Positions 12,398 through 24,136 of a DNA stretch of 64,000 nucleotides are shown piece by piece; within the stretch, counting starts at the first letter, position 1, and each line of letters begins with the position of its first letter. Below the pieces are notes generated by a model. It saw only the letters and a list, made by a program, of their open reading frames with translations. It searched no databases and had not been told where the DNA came from. The translations under genes and the position numbers were made by a program. The DNA is from Tubulanus polymorphus (taxonomy: Eukaryota; Animalia; Nemertea), in the NCBI RefSeq assembly GCF_964204645.1, contig NC_134034.1, positions 4,047,814-4,111,813 of the forward strand, in the 5' to 3' direction.

Positions 12398-12697
12398 CAT
12401 TCTCCCTCGGCAGGGATTCGAACGGCACGAACCCCTGCCACAGTAGACCGGGTGCGCAGGTACATGCGAAGCTTTGGCGCACGAATGCTTGGGGCACCAA
12501 TCCGATTGCTCGTTGTATAATCGCTGAGGTTCACGGAAAAACTATAAATGGGAAAACCCTGGCTGAAATAAAACGGGATAGCTAATAATGACATCATGTT
12601 AGCTGCGCGTATAGCTGCGCACTCGGTCTAGTGTGGCAGGGTTTAGTACCGTGGCAATCTCGGTGCCACCAGGTTCGAATCCCTGCCAGTGAGGATG
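12398..12697. mobile_element. Non-autonomous element with long inverted ends each containing a tRNA-like B-box (family A)
   Basis: Left GGCAGGGATTCGAAC..CCCTGCCACAGTAGACCGGGTGCGCAG and right CTGCGCACTCGGTCTAGTGTGGCAGGG..GGTTCGAATCCCTGCC. Second copy at ~51780-52992 in the opposite orientation. Confidence 0.7.
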
Positions 12698-13054
12698 TCG
12701 CGAACGAACGCTTACCAATAGTGGCTCTTCAATTGCATTGTAAATTATCTCGCACTCTATTACCGTGTGTACCTTGTCAATTATTCTCATCTCACTGATT
12801 GCTCCTACCATTTACACGTTACAACTTATTTCTGATTTTGTTCCGAAGAAGGATTTTAAGGGTTTGTCTACAAGGCTGAGAGACCTTGACAGGACACTTG
12901 ACACCCCGGTATGGGTATCTGGCCAGGTATCATCCTAGGTACTGAATTTTTGTTAATAGAACTGTGTGCTTTTTAGGGTATGGGGTAGGGAAGTTGTATT
13001 TTAGATTTTTTGGTAAAGGTTTAGGCTTTATGAATAAAATCATCTAGTTTGAGA

Positions 13055-13380
13055 CTACCGTGAGTCGGGACTTCAATGAAAACAAATTCAAGATTTTAGA
13101 CAAAGCTAACTCAGACTTTAAATGTAAAATCCGAGAGGCGCTGTTTATAAAATTAGAAAATCCGTCCTTAAACTACATTGTTTCAAAATGGATCCTCATT
13201 CATTTTAAATGTATTTTGTTAATCCGGTCTGTTCTGGTTGTTGCCATGTGATTATGTAATCTTCTGCTATTTTAAGCACAACTTTTGACCTGTTTCTCAT
13301 TAAACTATCTATCTCAACGTACATCATTTGTTACTCGTCTTGCGAAGGGGTAACGGTACCGAAAACGTTCGACATATTCA
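13055..13380 (+). mobile_element. Penelope-like element 3' fragment (GIY-YIG C-terminus plus decayed hammerhead)
   Basis: [29 protein letters not shown], homologous to 50608-50995. Decayed hammerhead GTC-TTGCGA..GGTA/TACC-GAAA-ACGT-TC-GAC at ~13337-13375. Confidence 0.75.
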
Positions 13381-13674
13381 ACATGATTTATACGTATATA
13401 CCGGCGCATCCTCGCTCGCCAGGGGTCCGGTATCAGTCCCCGAACACGCTTCCACCCGCCCCATGCCTCACGATGCGTGATTTCATTACTGGCGCTTGCG
13501 CATGACGTCATAACGATTTGCGGAATACTTCCAGTGTTCGGTTTAAACGTTCGCTGTTTGGTCCATTTGACGGTAAAACCAACAGAGGCCTAATGCAGTT
13601 TGTTACAAGCGCTGTAATTGGTACGACCGGATTCTGATCGGCTAGTAACGCCTCCAGCGACTCGTGAGGTCAAG

Positions 13675-14906
13675 TAGACTGGTCACCTGTCCAATTCTGC
13701 GCCACCTGCATTCGCAGTCCAGGGTCACCTTCGGTTATCTGAGTTAGTCGAAACCGAATGTCCGTTAGTCGGAACCGGAAATAGTTCGAAAATCAAGCGC
13801 ATTCGGTTATTAGTTCCGACCACTAGTCGACTAGATACGAAAACCGAATATGGTCCGAATCACAGGGGTTTGGCGATGCGCTTTGGGTGCTATTTCCGGG
13901 TTGTTGATAATCCACAGGCACTCGCCGATGGGCTTGGGATGCAGTTTCTGGGGTTTTTGATAGTGTTTCCGTGTTTTGAGTGGTTATTCTGCAATGAATC
14001 CGAGGAAAAACGTCTTGGTACTGATACGTTTAAAAAGATAATGGCCGCTGGCTCCACGCCACGGCGACCTCACAAAATACTGAACAAACTTCGTTTTTCA
14101 ATCTAAAATCAAAACTTTTATTGTATATGACACTTACTAGTGATATGGCAGTTATATATCCTATTATTCCATCCGACTGTGAGACACTATCAATTTGTGA
14201 AACGTCTTTAGTAATATAAAAGAAAAGGTAGTGACGAAGCGTGAGCGGAAAAACTTTCAGGCGTTGAGACGGCAACACTAGGTCACCGAACGTCGTTCAA
14301 CCGCTGAGTGACGTCATTACGAAATCCCGCTTTACTTGAGTATAGAAGGGGAATACTTGTAGCAGGTGCCCGTGTGACCTAGTGTTGCCGTCAAAATGAA
14401 AAGTTAACTTATTCACAGACTAATATGAATTGTCAGATTATGATTTATATGAGATTAATATCTTATAAAGAATAAATTATGATAAAATATATAATTCATA
14501 GACAAAAAATGCATTTTAATGTAAGTTATTCTCAAATATTTTTGGTATCATAGTTTCCATCTTAGATGCTTCAGGTTCGCATTCAGTCAAATAAGAAGCG
14601 TTAAGTCACGTGACTGTCCAAACTTTCTGGCAGGCACGACTTGAAGGTGTTTCATCCCTTGTGATTTTATATAGAGCGTCACGACCGTCTGATATTGATC
14701 CTTAACGACCAATTTTTTATCGGAACTTTATAGCGGATAAATAAACAATATAAACACAAGGTATTTCCGTGACATTTTGAATTTATTCGCAGTTCATATT
14801 TAGCGCCATTCTTGCGAGATTATCAACAACCCGGATATAAAATCCAAGCCCGTCGCCAAACCCCTGTGGCCCGAATAGCTGAAGGTAGAGACCGGCAACC
14901 AGTCTA
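13675..14906. mobile_element. TIR element with 9-bp TSD (Mutator-like), nested
   Basis: TIR TAGACTGGT(C/T)(A/G)CC at both ends. TSD GAGGTCAAG/GAGGTCTAG (perfect GAGGTCAAG in the duplicate at 23703). Confidence 0.65.
13861..14868. mobile_element. Non-autonomous TIR DNA transposon (CACAG termini, probable 8-bp TSD; P/hAT-like)
   Basis: TIR CACAGGGGTTTGGCGA...TCGCCAAACCCCTGTG, about 50 bp imperfect. Flanks GTCCGAAT/GCCCGAAT. Confidence 0.65.
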
Positions 14907-14931
14907 GAGGTCTAGGGAACGGCTTAGCATA

Positions 14932-16560
14932 AGGCGTTTTTATTTAAGCAACTCGTCATAACGCGCGTTATCTGCTGCGTATGTTTGCGTATGCATAATC
15001 CAATTCGCTTAAATAAACGGCCGCAGCGTCGCAGCAACAAAAATGGCGGACCAGGAAGTAAAGTGCGGCGTGAAATCGCTCGTAACATTTTATGTACTTT
15101 TATGATAGATGAATGTTTCAGTGTACTACCGGATACGCGCTCTTGCGTATACCATTGTCGAAAAAGAAAATTATTCGAGGACGACGTAATTGACGAATTT
15201 AAGGTTACTGAAAAACTCAAATATCTAAAAGAAAAAAAATACCTCGAATTCAAAACTTTCTGTCTGCAATTATCAATAGATATACACCGGACGATTTCAA
15301 GGCTCGATTTAGAATTAGCAGAACGACCTTTGATGTCCCGAAAGACCATGTCATCCCTATACTCGCTGCTGACAGGGAAAGAAACTCTTGTATATCGTAC
15401 GAAAAACAAATGTTGATTTATGTTTATTATTGTGCTACTCAAGACCCGTTGATAAGAGTGGCTGACGTATTTGGAGTTTGTGAGAAGCTTCAGTCTTTAA
15501 GATAATTGGTGAGTTCGTTGTTTGATTATTTTTCTGAGAACTGTAGCCGACACCTTAAGAGTTGACATTGATCATGAGATAAATACAGAAAGAATTAGAA
15601 TATGACTAGCTACACATTGTCTATTCTTCCAGCCACCATCAGCCAAGTCATGAACACCAAGCTGCTGAAGAAATTTATAAAGTGGCCGACTGGTGACAAC
15701 ATTTATCAAGTTTTTCGTGGATTTGAGCAAATGCGACAATTTCCAAAGGTTGGTCGTATCGTCTAATACCACTCAGATTTTGTAGAATAATCATATTGAC
15801 CAATTGTGTTTATAAAACGTTCTCTTCTTAATTTTCAAAGGTAATTGGTGCTCTGGGTGGTACACACATTCCTATTAAGACACCGGTAAAGGACCCAGAG
15901 ACGTTTCTTAACCGTAAGAAATACCATTCGATAAATGTTGCCGCCATATGTGATCATCGGATGATTTTCACGTATGTCTATGTTGGATGGCCAGGTTCGA
16001 CACATGATTCCCGAGTGTTCAAAAACTCAAAACTTGGACTTGCTTGTGAAGATCTTGAGAAGCAACGAAAGCATTTTCCAGAAAATAGCCATTTATTGGC
16101 AGACTCAGCCTATGAATTGAGTGATGTCATACTAACACCATTCCGAGATACCGGTGGACTAGAAAGATAAGAAAAGAACTACAACTTTTTTCACAGTTCT
16201 ACCCGAATGAGGATCGAAAATGCGTTTGCCTTATTGAAAGGTCGTTTGCGCCGCCATAAATATATTGATATGCATGACCCTGATAGATTTTATAATAAGT
16301 TGTTTTGTCTTGCACAATATCTGTTTGTTGAGTAGTGACTCAGTAGAAGATTATTTAAATGAAGGTGATGAAGAACAAATCGATGATGATAATGTTACTC
16401 ATGGAAATGAACCTCTTCCATCAGCCATTGCTAAACGTCGTGCTATTGTAGTACCCAGTAATCCTAGAAGTATTCGAGTAGGTTCGAAAGATTTCAAAAA
16501 ATCAATGCGTACGTGTATCTGTAAGATGTGAGATCCAAAGTAATTTTCAGTTGTGTATAA
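14932..16560 (+). mobile_element. PIF/Harbinger transposon relic with HARBI1-like DDE transposase pseudogene
   Basis: Left TIR AGGCGTTTTTATTTAAGCAACTCG. Motifs EKQMLIYVYYCAT..RVADVFGV, FIKWP, VIGALGGTHI (D to G), NRKKYHSIN, GWPGSTHDSRVF, LLADSAY, HSSTRMRIENAFALLKGR. GT-AG intron 15749-15840; stop at 16168; frameshifts. Confidence 0.9.
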
Positions 16561-16952
16561 TGATTATGATACAATGTATGAAAATACAATGCTCTCTTCC
16601 AAATTACACAGATTTTCTTTTCTATTTTCCATGTGGTGGAGACTTTCAGTGATACGACTCCGGTCAGCTCAAATTGAATGGGAAAAGCTGATTACAAAAT
16701 CATTCGGTTAAATGGATTTCGAGTTCTCTGGTTGGAAACTCCGGGTTCCAAAGCGATTTCGGAGCGGAAATTTTTCTCGACGTTCGACGATAAACTCCGA
16801 ATGAAAATAAATTCGGTAAATTGATAATCACTGACCTGTAGAGTTGTAATTACCGTTCGCTAATTGAACTCGATCGGCGCTTTCTTCCGCCCTCTTCGCT
16901 AGTTATGACTCAATCGAAGCTAGCGCGACCCGGTCGTGCTAAGAACCGAAAG

Positions 16953-17447
16953 GTTCAAGTTCAAGTTCAAATTTATTTCACAGAAAGCATGACAGGCTAT
17001 GTACACAGGTTGAGAGAAAACAAACAATAAAATTTACAATTTTTTTAAACAAAGCAAAATTATAAAAAGAGAGAGAGAACAGTAGCTTTCAGTGTGGGCC
17101 AAGCAAAGCCTTTAGGCCGCTGTCGCAAGCACCCAGGGAAAAGAACGAAAGGGAAATGAAGAAATGAGAGTTCGTGATTTTTGATAATTTCAGGAGAGTT
17201 TATATGAGTAAGCTAGAGGGTTCAGGAGAGTGAGCAATTATAACAATTAGGGTTATTACATTGATGGATATCATTGTAGGCGGAGGTGAGGATATGGTCT
17301 GAGTTTACGTTTTAAATTTTGTTTGCTTGTTTGTAGGATGTCATTGGAAAAAGGTAGTTCTCGCCAGATGTTTGAAAGAATGTTTTGAAGTGAATTTTGA
17401 TGCGGGGTTGGCAGTGTTTGTTTTGGAAATAAAGAATATGCGTTGTC
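16953..17447 (-). mobile_element. CR1/L2-group (Crack/Daphne-like) LINE 3' fragment
   Basis: Reverse complement of ~25665-26175, including the (TTGAAC)n tail. Confidence 0.85.
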
Positions 17448-17526
17448 GCGTCGGTATGTATATTAGTCATAATCGCTTGCCAAAGGATGTGGCTTCAACG
17501 GCATAGGCATCTGTGCCATGGCAAGC

Positions 17527-17797
17527 AGTAAGCGTCATAAGATTTTGTCCCTCCCGAGGACGTCCCTGCTCAGTACCGTCCTCACTCAGTACCAACGTAA
17601 ATTCAATTAAAGAAAAGCATTCAAATATCAGACAAAATAATAAAGAAAAGTATAGTTGTTTGTAATTGTCGCCTACGACGGTAACGCCAACGACCTTCAG
17701 ATCTCGCTGCTTTGAGACTGGTTCCGGTGCGGTACTGAGCGAGGACGGTACTGAGCCGGATCGTACTCAGGAGAGACAAAATCTTATAAACCCGTCT
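17527..17797. mobile_element. Foldback MITE with 10-bp TSD (Mutator-like)
   Basis: About 70-bp imperfect TIRs (ATAAGATTTTGTC..CTCAGTACCGTCCTC), flanked by CATGGCAAGC on both sides. Confidence 0.7.
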
Positions 17798-17842
17798 CAT
17801 GGCAAGCGAAGTCTGAATAACAGACGTTGTTACAGTCACCAG

Positions 17843-18191
17843 AGGCGTTTTTATTTAAGCAACTCGAATCAACTCGGATCGAATCGCCCATTTATTTAAG
17901 CAACGCGCCTACAAAGATTTGCCTACAACGTCCATTTATTTAACCAAATCGCCAACGCGAGTACCCAACGTGACCAAATCGCTCATCGAAGCGCTTTGAT
18001 TCGATTTGCTACGAGAGTGGAGCTTTCGGTGATAGATCAAAAACAAAATGGCGGCTTTTTCAATCGCAGAAAATTCAGGTTCCGGTTGTGGAGAGTAGGG
18101 TCATTCATTTAAGGCGATTCGATTTGTACCACGTGACAGTAATCGACGGAACTAAGCGATTTTATACGAGTTGCTTAAATAAAAAAGGCTT
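17843..18191. mobile_element. Harbinger MITE sharing TIRs with the transposase relic
   Basis: TIR AGGCGTTTTTATTTAAGCAACTCG / CGAGTTGCTTAAATAAAAAAGGCTT; CAG TSD. Confidence 0.8.
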
Positions 18192-20883
18192 CAGTAATTG
18201 TTCAAGGAACAGCGGCTTGATAATAGACTATGGCAAGCGAGGCGGGATCCGATTTTCTCAGTGATTTCACTCAGTTCAACGAGGCACAATTAAGACCTTA
18301 GAAAATAACCCGATGCCTGTTAGACAAGAACACATTTGCTATTTTGTTGGATGAAAGTTTTCGAAAATCTGTCAGGATAATCACTAATGAGAATTTCTGA
18401 GAAAACGTTTTGTTACTTATTTTTCTATCACTGAAAAAAAAAATTATACGGAAGTGCGTTTTCAACCTGAACCAGGCGCCGGGGAATTAACCGATGGGAA
18501 ACATTGACATCGATCGAAATCCACTCACAGATGGTGACCATTCAACTCATTAAACCTATACCAGGCTCATCAATCACCAGGAACTTCGAGCTACCAAAAA
18601 CACGCCATCGGCCCAAGAATTAGTCCCAACCACAGCTTCGGTTGCTAGTCATTGGGCAGCCATATCCCTAACCCTAGCTCCACAATAACCATAATCTTAG
18701 CAGAATTCGGTTTGCCAGCCGAAGAATGGCAAAATATGAGAATGGGATATAATTCCAGGGACAGCTATACGGAGCGATTTGAAGATGCCCTTTTCGTTAA
18801 AACAGAGTTTGTTAAAATCAATATATTTCACACTGATCCTGTCGGAAACTGCATCTCTTCGGATGGATTTCTTCAATGATGTCTAATCCCGATGACACAA
18901 CCTCAGTCTGCTACCTTCAATTTGGCTGCTTTATCCGTGTCAGGTCCTTACTCGATCGTCTATCAGACCCGGCGGTCTTCCAATTTTCCACCCCAGCATT
19001 CAACTATTACAATTAGGTATCCAACCTCAATTCAGTTATGCTATATTCAAGACTTGTGGAACCGGTCGGAAGACCTGGGGATAGTGGCCGGCCCAAAATA
19101 TGGCAACGAAAAAACGTGTTTATGCTTTGTGTAGGTTAGAATAAAACTTCCATTACAGTTTTAGAATGTAGAATGTAGATAACTCATGTAATAATAGGTT
19201 ATAGAATTACATGTGTTTTATTGATCAAATTCAGAATTGAGAAATATCGTATATCATACTTTACGTGGTCGTGCACATCGCATTCAGCTAACTGAAATTC
19301 GAATCCGTTTATGATGATATTCACGAATCGATGATCAAACAATGTCTCGTTTCCGAAGTGCTTTGTTGTTCAATATAAAGTTCTCATAATTCGATTGCAG
19401 TGAACGGATCACGTGCAGCAGCCGAGGAACCTTGAAGTACAAAACCGTAAGTAAATGTCCGCTGATACTTTAGGTAGAATGTCTGTTTTAGTTTATCTCC
19501 AATTGGAAATGTCTCTGATGAAGCTGTGAACACTGGTCGCTGTTTTAAAGTGTGTACATGACATGTCTATTTTATGGTGTTCGGAGTTCATTTTCGATAA
19601 ACAATGTCAAATTGAAGATTGCAAAATTCTCTAACTCTGATGGCGAAAACATCACTCACAATCCCAGCTTTATATCAAGCTTTGATACATTTATGAGTCG
19701 TGTACGATATATTTGTATACGTGAATGATTAGATGTTTTTTGAGAAGTGTCTGTCATAGAATTTGAAGGAGTATTATAGACTTTGAGTACAATGTTGTAT
19801 TATCTTTCTTCCTAGGCCTCAATCCTCCATATTCGACTCACTTTTCGGGTGTCTTACCAAAGATAAAATATTTGGTAAGTACTTATTTAGTCGTTTTTGA
19901 TTATATGGAGTAGTATAGTAGGGGAGGATATATAGGAAATTCCTATATAATTGCTGAACGTATTTCATCTATAGATTGTATTTAAGTTAAACTGTATGTA
20001 TCTTATCATTTTTATATGTATATATAAATATAGATTTTGCGTGTAAAATGAAGTTAATCCAGTTTTCACTGTCAATTCTCTTAATCGTTTTAAGCGCATA
20101 TAATATGGGATGGGAATAATGAGCAGTATCTTTGCGTATGTGTCCCGTATCGGTTATTTCAAAATGAAATTTTGACATCCTATTTGTATGAATCTACTTG
20201 TAGTTTTTTCTGTCCTTTTCAGGACAGTTAACCAAATTTGCCGCACAATTTTACGCGATAGTCCTTATTTCCCTCTGGTTTGTGACGCTCGCAGCAGGCA
20301 AGGAAAGGCGTTTTTACACGTATCCATCGAATTTATATTCATCGAATTTGTATATTAACTATTTACAGCGTATGATCATGAGTCGAGGATAAGCATAATG
20401 ATAACTCTTTCTAAACTGTTAGATTGGCTATAATAATGTAAATTAGCCACCACTGCTTACCTTCATAGTTTGAAATTCAATTTTGTTTATAAGATATAGA
20501 TTCAAATAACCCAATAAACATCTTGTTCTATCTGTATCAATGTATTTGGCGAATATAATTGTATCTATATGTTATAACAAAGAATAAAGTATTGTCATTC
20601 CAGTGCATATATTTTGTCGACTATCGTCTTGAAGGTTTAATATTGGCTAGTATTCAAATTGATTTAGCCCAGTCATTTCAATGGGGATCCTAGGATTTCC
20701 TGTGGCTTTATTTCATACAATCATAAACGGTACGTGTTTAAAAAGCGTACATGTCGTTTCTCAGTGACATCAACGACACCAGTGTAATAATCTGACACTA
20801 CACAGTTTGCCTGAAGTCTTCATTCAGCCCAATCGGTCGACTTTTGTCTTGTGAGCATTCTGTTGGTCAGTCTTATTTCTTTA

Positions 20884-21075
20884 CCAACTAGTGAGGTTGG
20901 GGTTCGGAAGTTTTATGATTTAGATTTTGCGCCAACTAGTGAGGTTGGGCAGTAAAGAATTGCGCCAACTAGTGAGGTTGGGCAGTTAGGATTTTGCAAC
21001 AACAAGTGAGGTTGGGCAGTGAAGATTTCGCACCAACTAGTGAGGTTGGGCAGTGAAGATTGTGCGCCAACTAGT
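20884..21075. repeat. Minisatellite, ~33-34-bp unit, ~5.5 copies
   Basis: Core CCAACTAGTGAGGTTGGG at 20884, 20932, 20965, 20999, 21033 and partial at 21067. Confidence 0.9.
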
Positions 21076-22223
21076 ATTTCGGCGTTTTTCGGAAATTCCC
21101 TGAAATTTCAGCGTTTTTATTTCAGCGTTTCAGCTTTTCAGTGTTTCAGCTTTTTCCGCGAAGTTCAGGAACCGATCAAGAAGCAGCTGCCTGATTGTTT
21201 AGACCTGTGCTTGGATCGCTTACATACACAAGTCCCTTTCTCTCATGACTTTGTACGTTTAGGGAAGAGAGGTTTGCTGTTAAGCCTATAAGCTTGTTTG
21301 GAAATATCTAGACGTCTTCCCATCCCTCTCTCTTTTTGTTGATGAGTTTTGGGAGAAGGAGAGAGGCATGAGAAAGGGAAAATGGATAGATAGTTGCCTG
21401 ATCTGATCATCTGGGTCCCTACGTATTCAATCGGACTATTTCGGTCATAATAGTGTAATATCTGGCCGCTGCACGGACTGCCATTGATTTGTTTTCAATT
21501 GTTGCGGACCTTGTAGCATAGCAACAATGGTCCGTTATTTTCAAATTAGAGTGATGGTTTTGTAAGTCACTTTTTAGAAAAAAACGTGACTTGAAAATAT
21601 TCACCAGTGTAACACTTTTTTATTTTTCAAGATGGACCATCACAACCAGCGAGAAACTTGTTGGAAATGTTCTGAAGTTTTCATTCATATAAGATATGAT
21701 AAACGGAATCTGCTGTCTTTGAGTAGATTATATCCTCGAGCTATCCTCGGGCCAACTCTCAAATTTGTCTCAAGTTCACGGTTAAATGTAAATGATGAAA
21801 ACTATCTTGATTTTCTCAATTTCAGCGGAGATTGGTAAAAAATATCTTATATTTACAGAATCTATAAGCACTTTAACTCTATCATCCTCTATTGTCTTTG
21901 AATAACGCTTGGAAATTGTACCGAAAGCATGAAATTTCATGGGTTTCTTGCAAATGTGAAAGGATTTCTGTCCCTTTTTTCATAATCAAAAGTAAAGGTG
22001 TAGAATGCGTTAGATATTCCTCAAAATTAGTCCATTCGACGCAGAAAGACAGCCACAACATGAATCTATCAGCACTTCGACGATTTTTAATCAATTTTCA
22101 TATACTTTAATTTTGTTCACAAGGACTATAGCATTTTCAATGACGCGGAGCCAAATTTTATTATTGCATTGTTGCACATGCGCACATAGCGATGTTCCAA
22201 AAAGTTGGTAATGAAGTTATTAA

Positions 22224-22729
22224 AGCCCGGCGCACACGGGCGACAGTTTCGGGCAATTCTCGAGCAACCGCCCGAATTGCTCGGCGTCGAACGAAAAAAT
22301 CGCTCGTCTGCGGCAAGGGGCGACAGCGATTGCTCGTTGTCGAAAGGAATTGCTCCGTGTCGCCCAATATCAAACACGTTTGATATTGGGTGACGGAAAA
22401 TTGCTTGTCGCCGAGAAATTGCTCGGCGATTGCTCAGGAGTTGCCCGTGTGCGGTAGCTAGAGACACCAAGCGACAAGCGACTCATCAACTAGCCAATGA
22501 GAGAGCGAATAATTATCCTGTGATTTAACTAAATACGGCATCAGTCGAGGCTGTAGCGTGGCCATCTTGACAAGTCACATGATACAGATGTTTGCCGGGA
22601 AAGATAATCGCTTGTACGTCTCCAGTGGTAGCACACGGGGGGCGACACCAAACGATCGATTGCTCAACGGTTGCTTGCAAATCGGTCGCAGCAACAGGCG
22701 ACTAAAAATTGCCTCGTGTGCACCAGGCT
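22224..22729. mobile_element. PIF/Harbinger (Tourist-like) MITE
   Basis: TIR AGCC(C/T)GG(C/T)GCACACG; TAA TSD. Confidence 0.8.
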
Positions 22730-22888
22730 TAAGACGCGATGACTGCGACTGCCGGCGACAATCGCGTAGCAACGACTCACCGACCTACGCTACCTCGCGA
22801 CTGCCAGCGACGGGTTGCGACTGGCAGCGGCGCCAGTCGCAATGAGTCGCACTCGCGTCGCGTCGCTAGGCCGACCTACGCCCGCCTT

Positions 22889-23766
22889 GGCGTTGAGACG
22901 GCAACACCAGGTCACTGAACGTCGGAGTCGTTCAACCGCTGAGTGACGTCATTACGAAATCCCGCTTTATTTGAATATAGAAGGGGAATACTTGTAGCAG
23001 GTGCCCGTGTGACCTAGTGTTGACGTCAAAATGAAAAGTTAACATATTCACAGACCAATATCAGTTGTCAAATTATGATTCATATGAAATTAATAACTTA
23101 TAAAGAATAAATTATGATGAAATATGTAATTTATAGACAAAAATGCATTTGAATGTAAGTTATTCTCAAATATTTTTCGTATCATATATGTTTCCATCTT
23201 AGATGCTTCAGGTTCGCATTCAGTCAAATAAGAAGCGTTAAATCACGTGACTGTCCCAACTTTCAGGGCCAAGATTCGGTTTTCGTATCTAGTCGACTAG
23301 TGGTCGGAACTAATAACGGCGAATGCGCTTGATTTTCGAACTATTTCCGGAATATAGTTCCGACTAACGGACATTCGGTTTCGTTTAGTTCGACTATAGT
23401 CGACTAACTCAGTGACCGAAGGTGGCCCTGGCTGGCACGACTTGAAGGTGTTTCATCCCTTGTGGTTTAATATAGAGCGCCACGACCGTCAGATTGATCC
23501 TTAACGACCAAGTTATCGGAACTTTATAGCGGATAAATAAACAATATAAACACAAGATATATCCGTGATATTTTAAATTTATTCGCAGTTCATATTTAGC
23601 GCCATTCTCGCGAGATTATCAACAACCCGGATATAAAATCCAAGCCCATCGCCAAACCCCTGTGGCCCGAATAGCTGAAGGTAGAGACCGGCAACCAGTC
23701 TAGAGGTCAAGTGGTTCGGGGAACGGCTTAGCATGGTGGGTTCGAATCCCTTGACGGGTGAAGATT
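22889..23766 (+). repeat. Direct duplicate of the 14260-14930 composite, with an extra MITE (23264-23430) and an intact family B right end
   Basis: Near-identical to 14260-14930 apart from a 167-bp GGCC..GGCC insertion related to 13730-13855 and 47861-48100. Confidence 0.85.
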
Positions 23767-24136
23767 ATATTGCTGGATTCGTCATTTTTAACCTAAAGAA
23801 TCGGAGACTATAGAATCTTAAAATTAAAGACAGTTTTAGGTCAAGACACTCCCGATTCTTACACTAACTTAAAAAAAAAATTGTAAATATCGCTGACATA
23901 CTGACTAGAGCCTGTGAGGATGGCCATATTATGATTTCTTTTTAGTACCTTGGATATTCGAGATCTAATGCAACAGTATATAGCTTCACCCCCAAACTTA
24001 AAATACGGGCCAATAATGTTTAGCTGAAACGTTGCTCTTAATATATTCTCTTCTATTCAAGTATTTTTAATCTCGGACTGACTCATTGTTGGATTTCTGT
24101 CGTCACTCATCATTACACGAATAGTGTGTACCTTCT

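Larger units (their letters stand above)
13406..14930 (+). mobile_element. Family B element (B-box inverted ends) hosting nested insertions
   Basis: 13406-13674 and 14907-14930 match the uninterrupted copy at 53053-53378. The intervening DNA consists of inserted elements. Confidence 0.7.

Noticed and set aside
12600-12697. tRNA genes at GGTTCGAATCCC sites (also 23740, 26302, 51740)
   Set aside because: I could not fold a full cloverleaf with acceptor stem and anticodon arm. The sites are termini of dispersed repeats.
20884-21075. CRISPR-like look: palindromic repeat CCAAC..GTTGG with short intervening sequences
   Set aside because: The intervening parts are ~15 bp and similar to each other, there are no cas genes, and the context is eukaryotic. 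It is a minisatellite.
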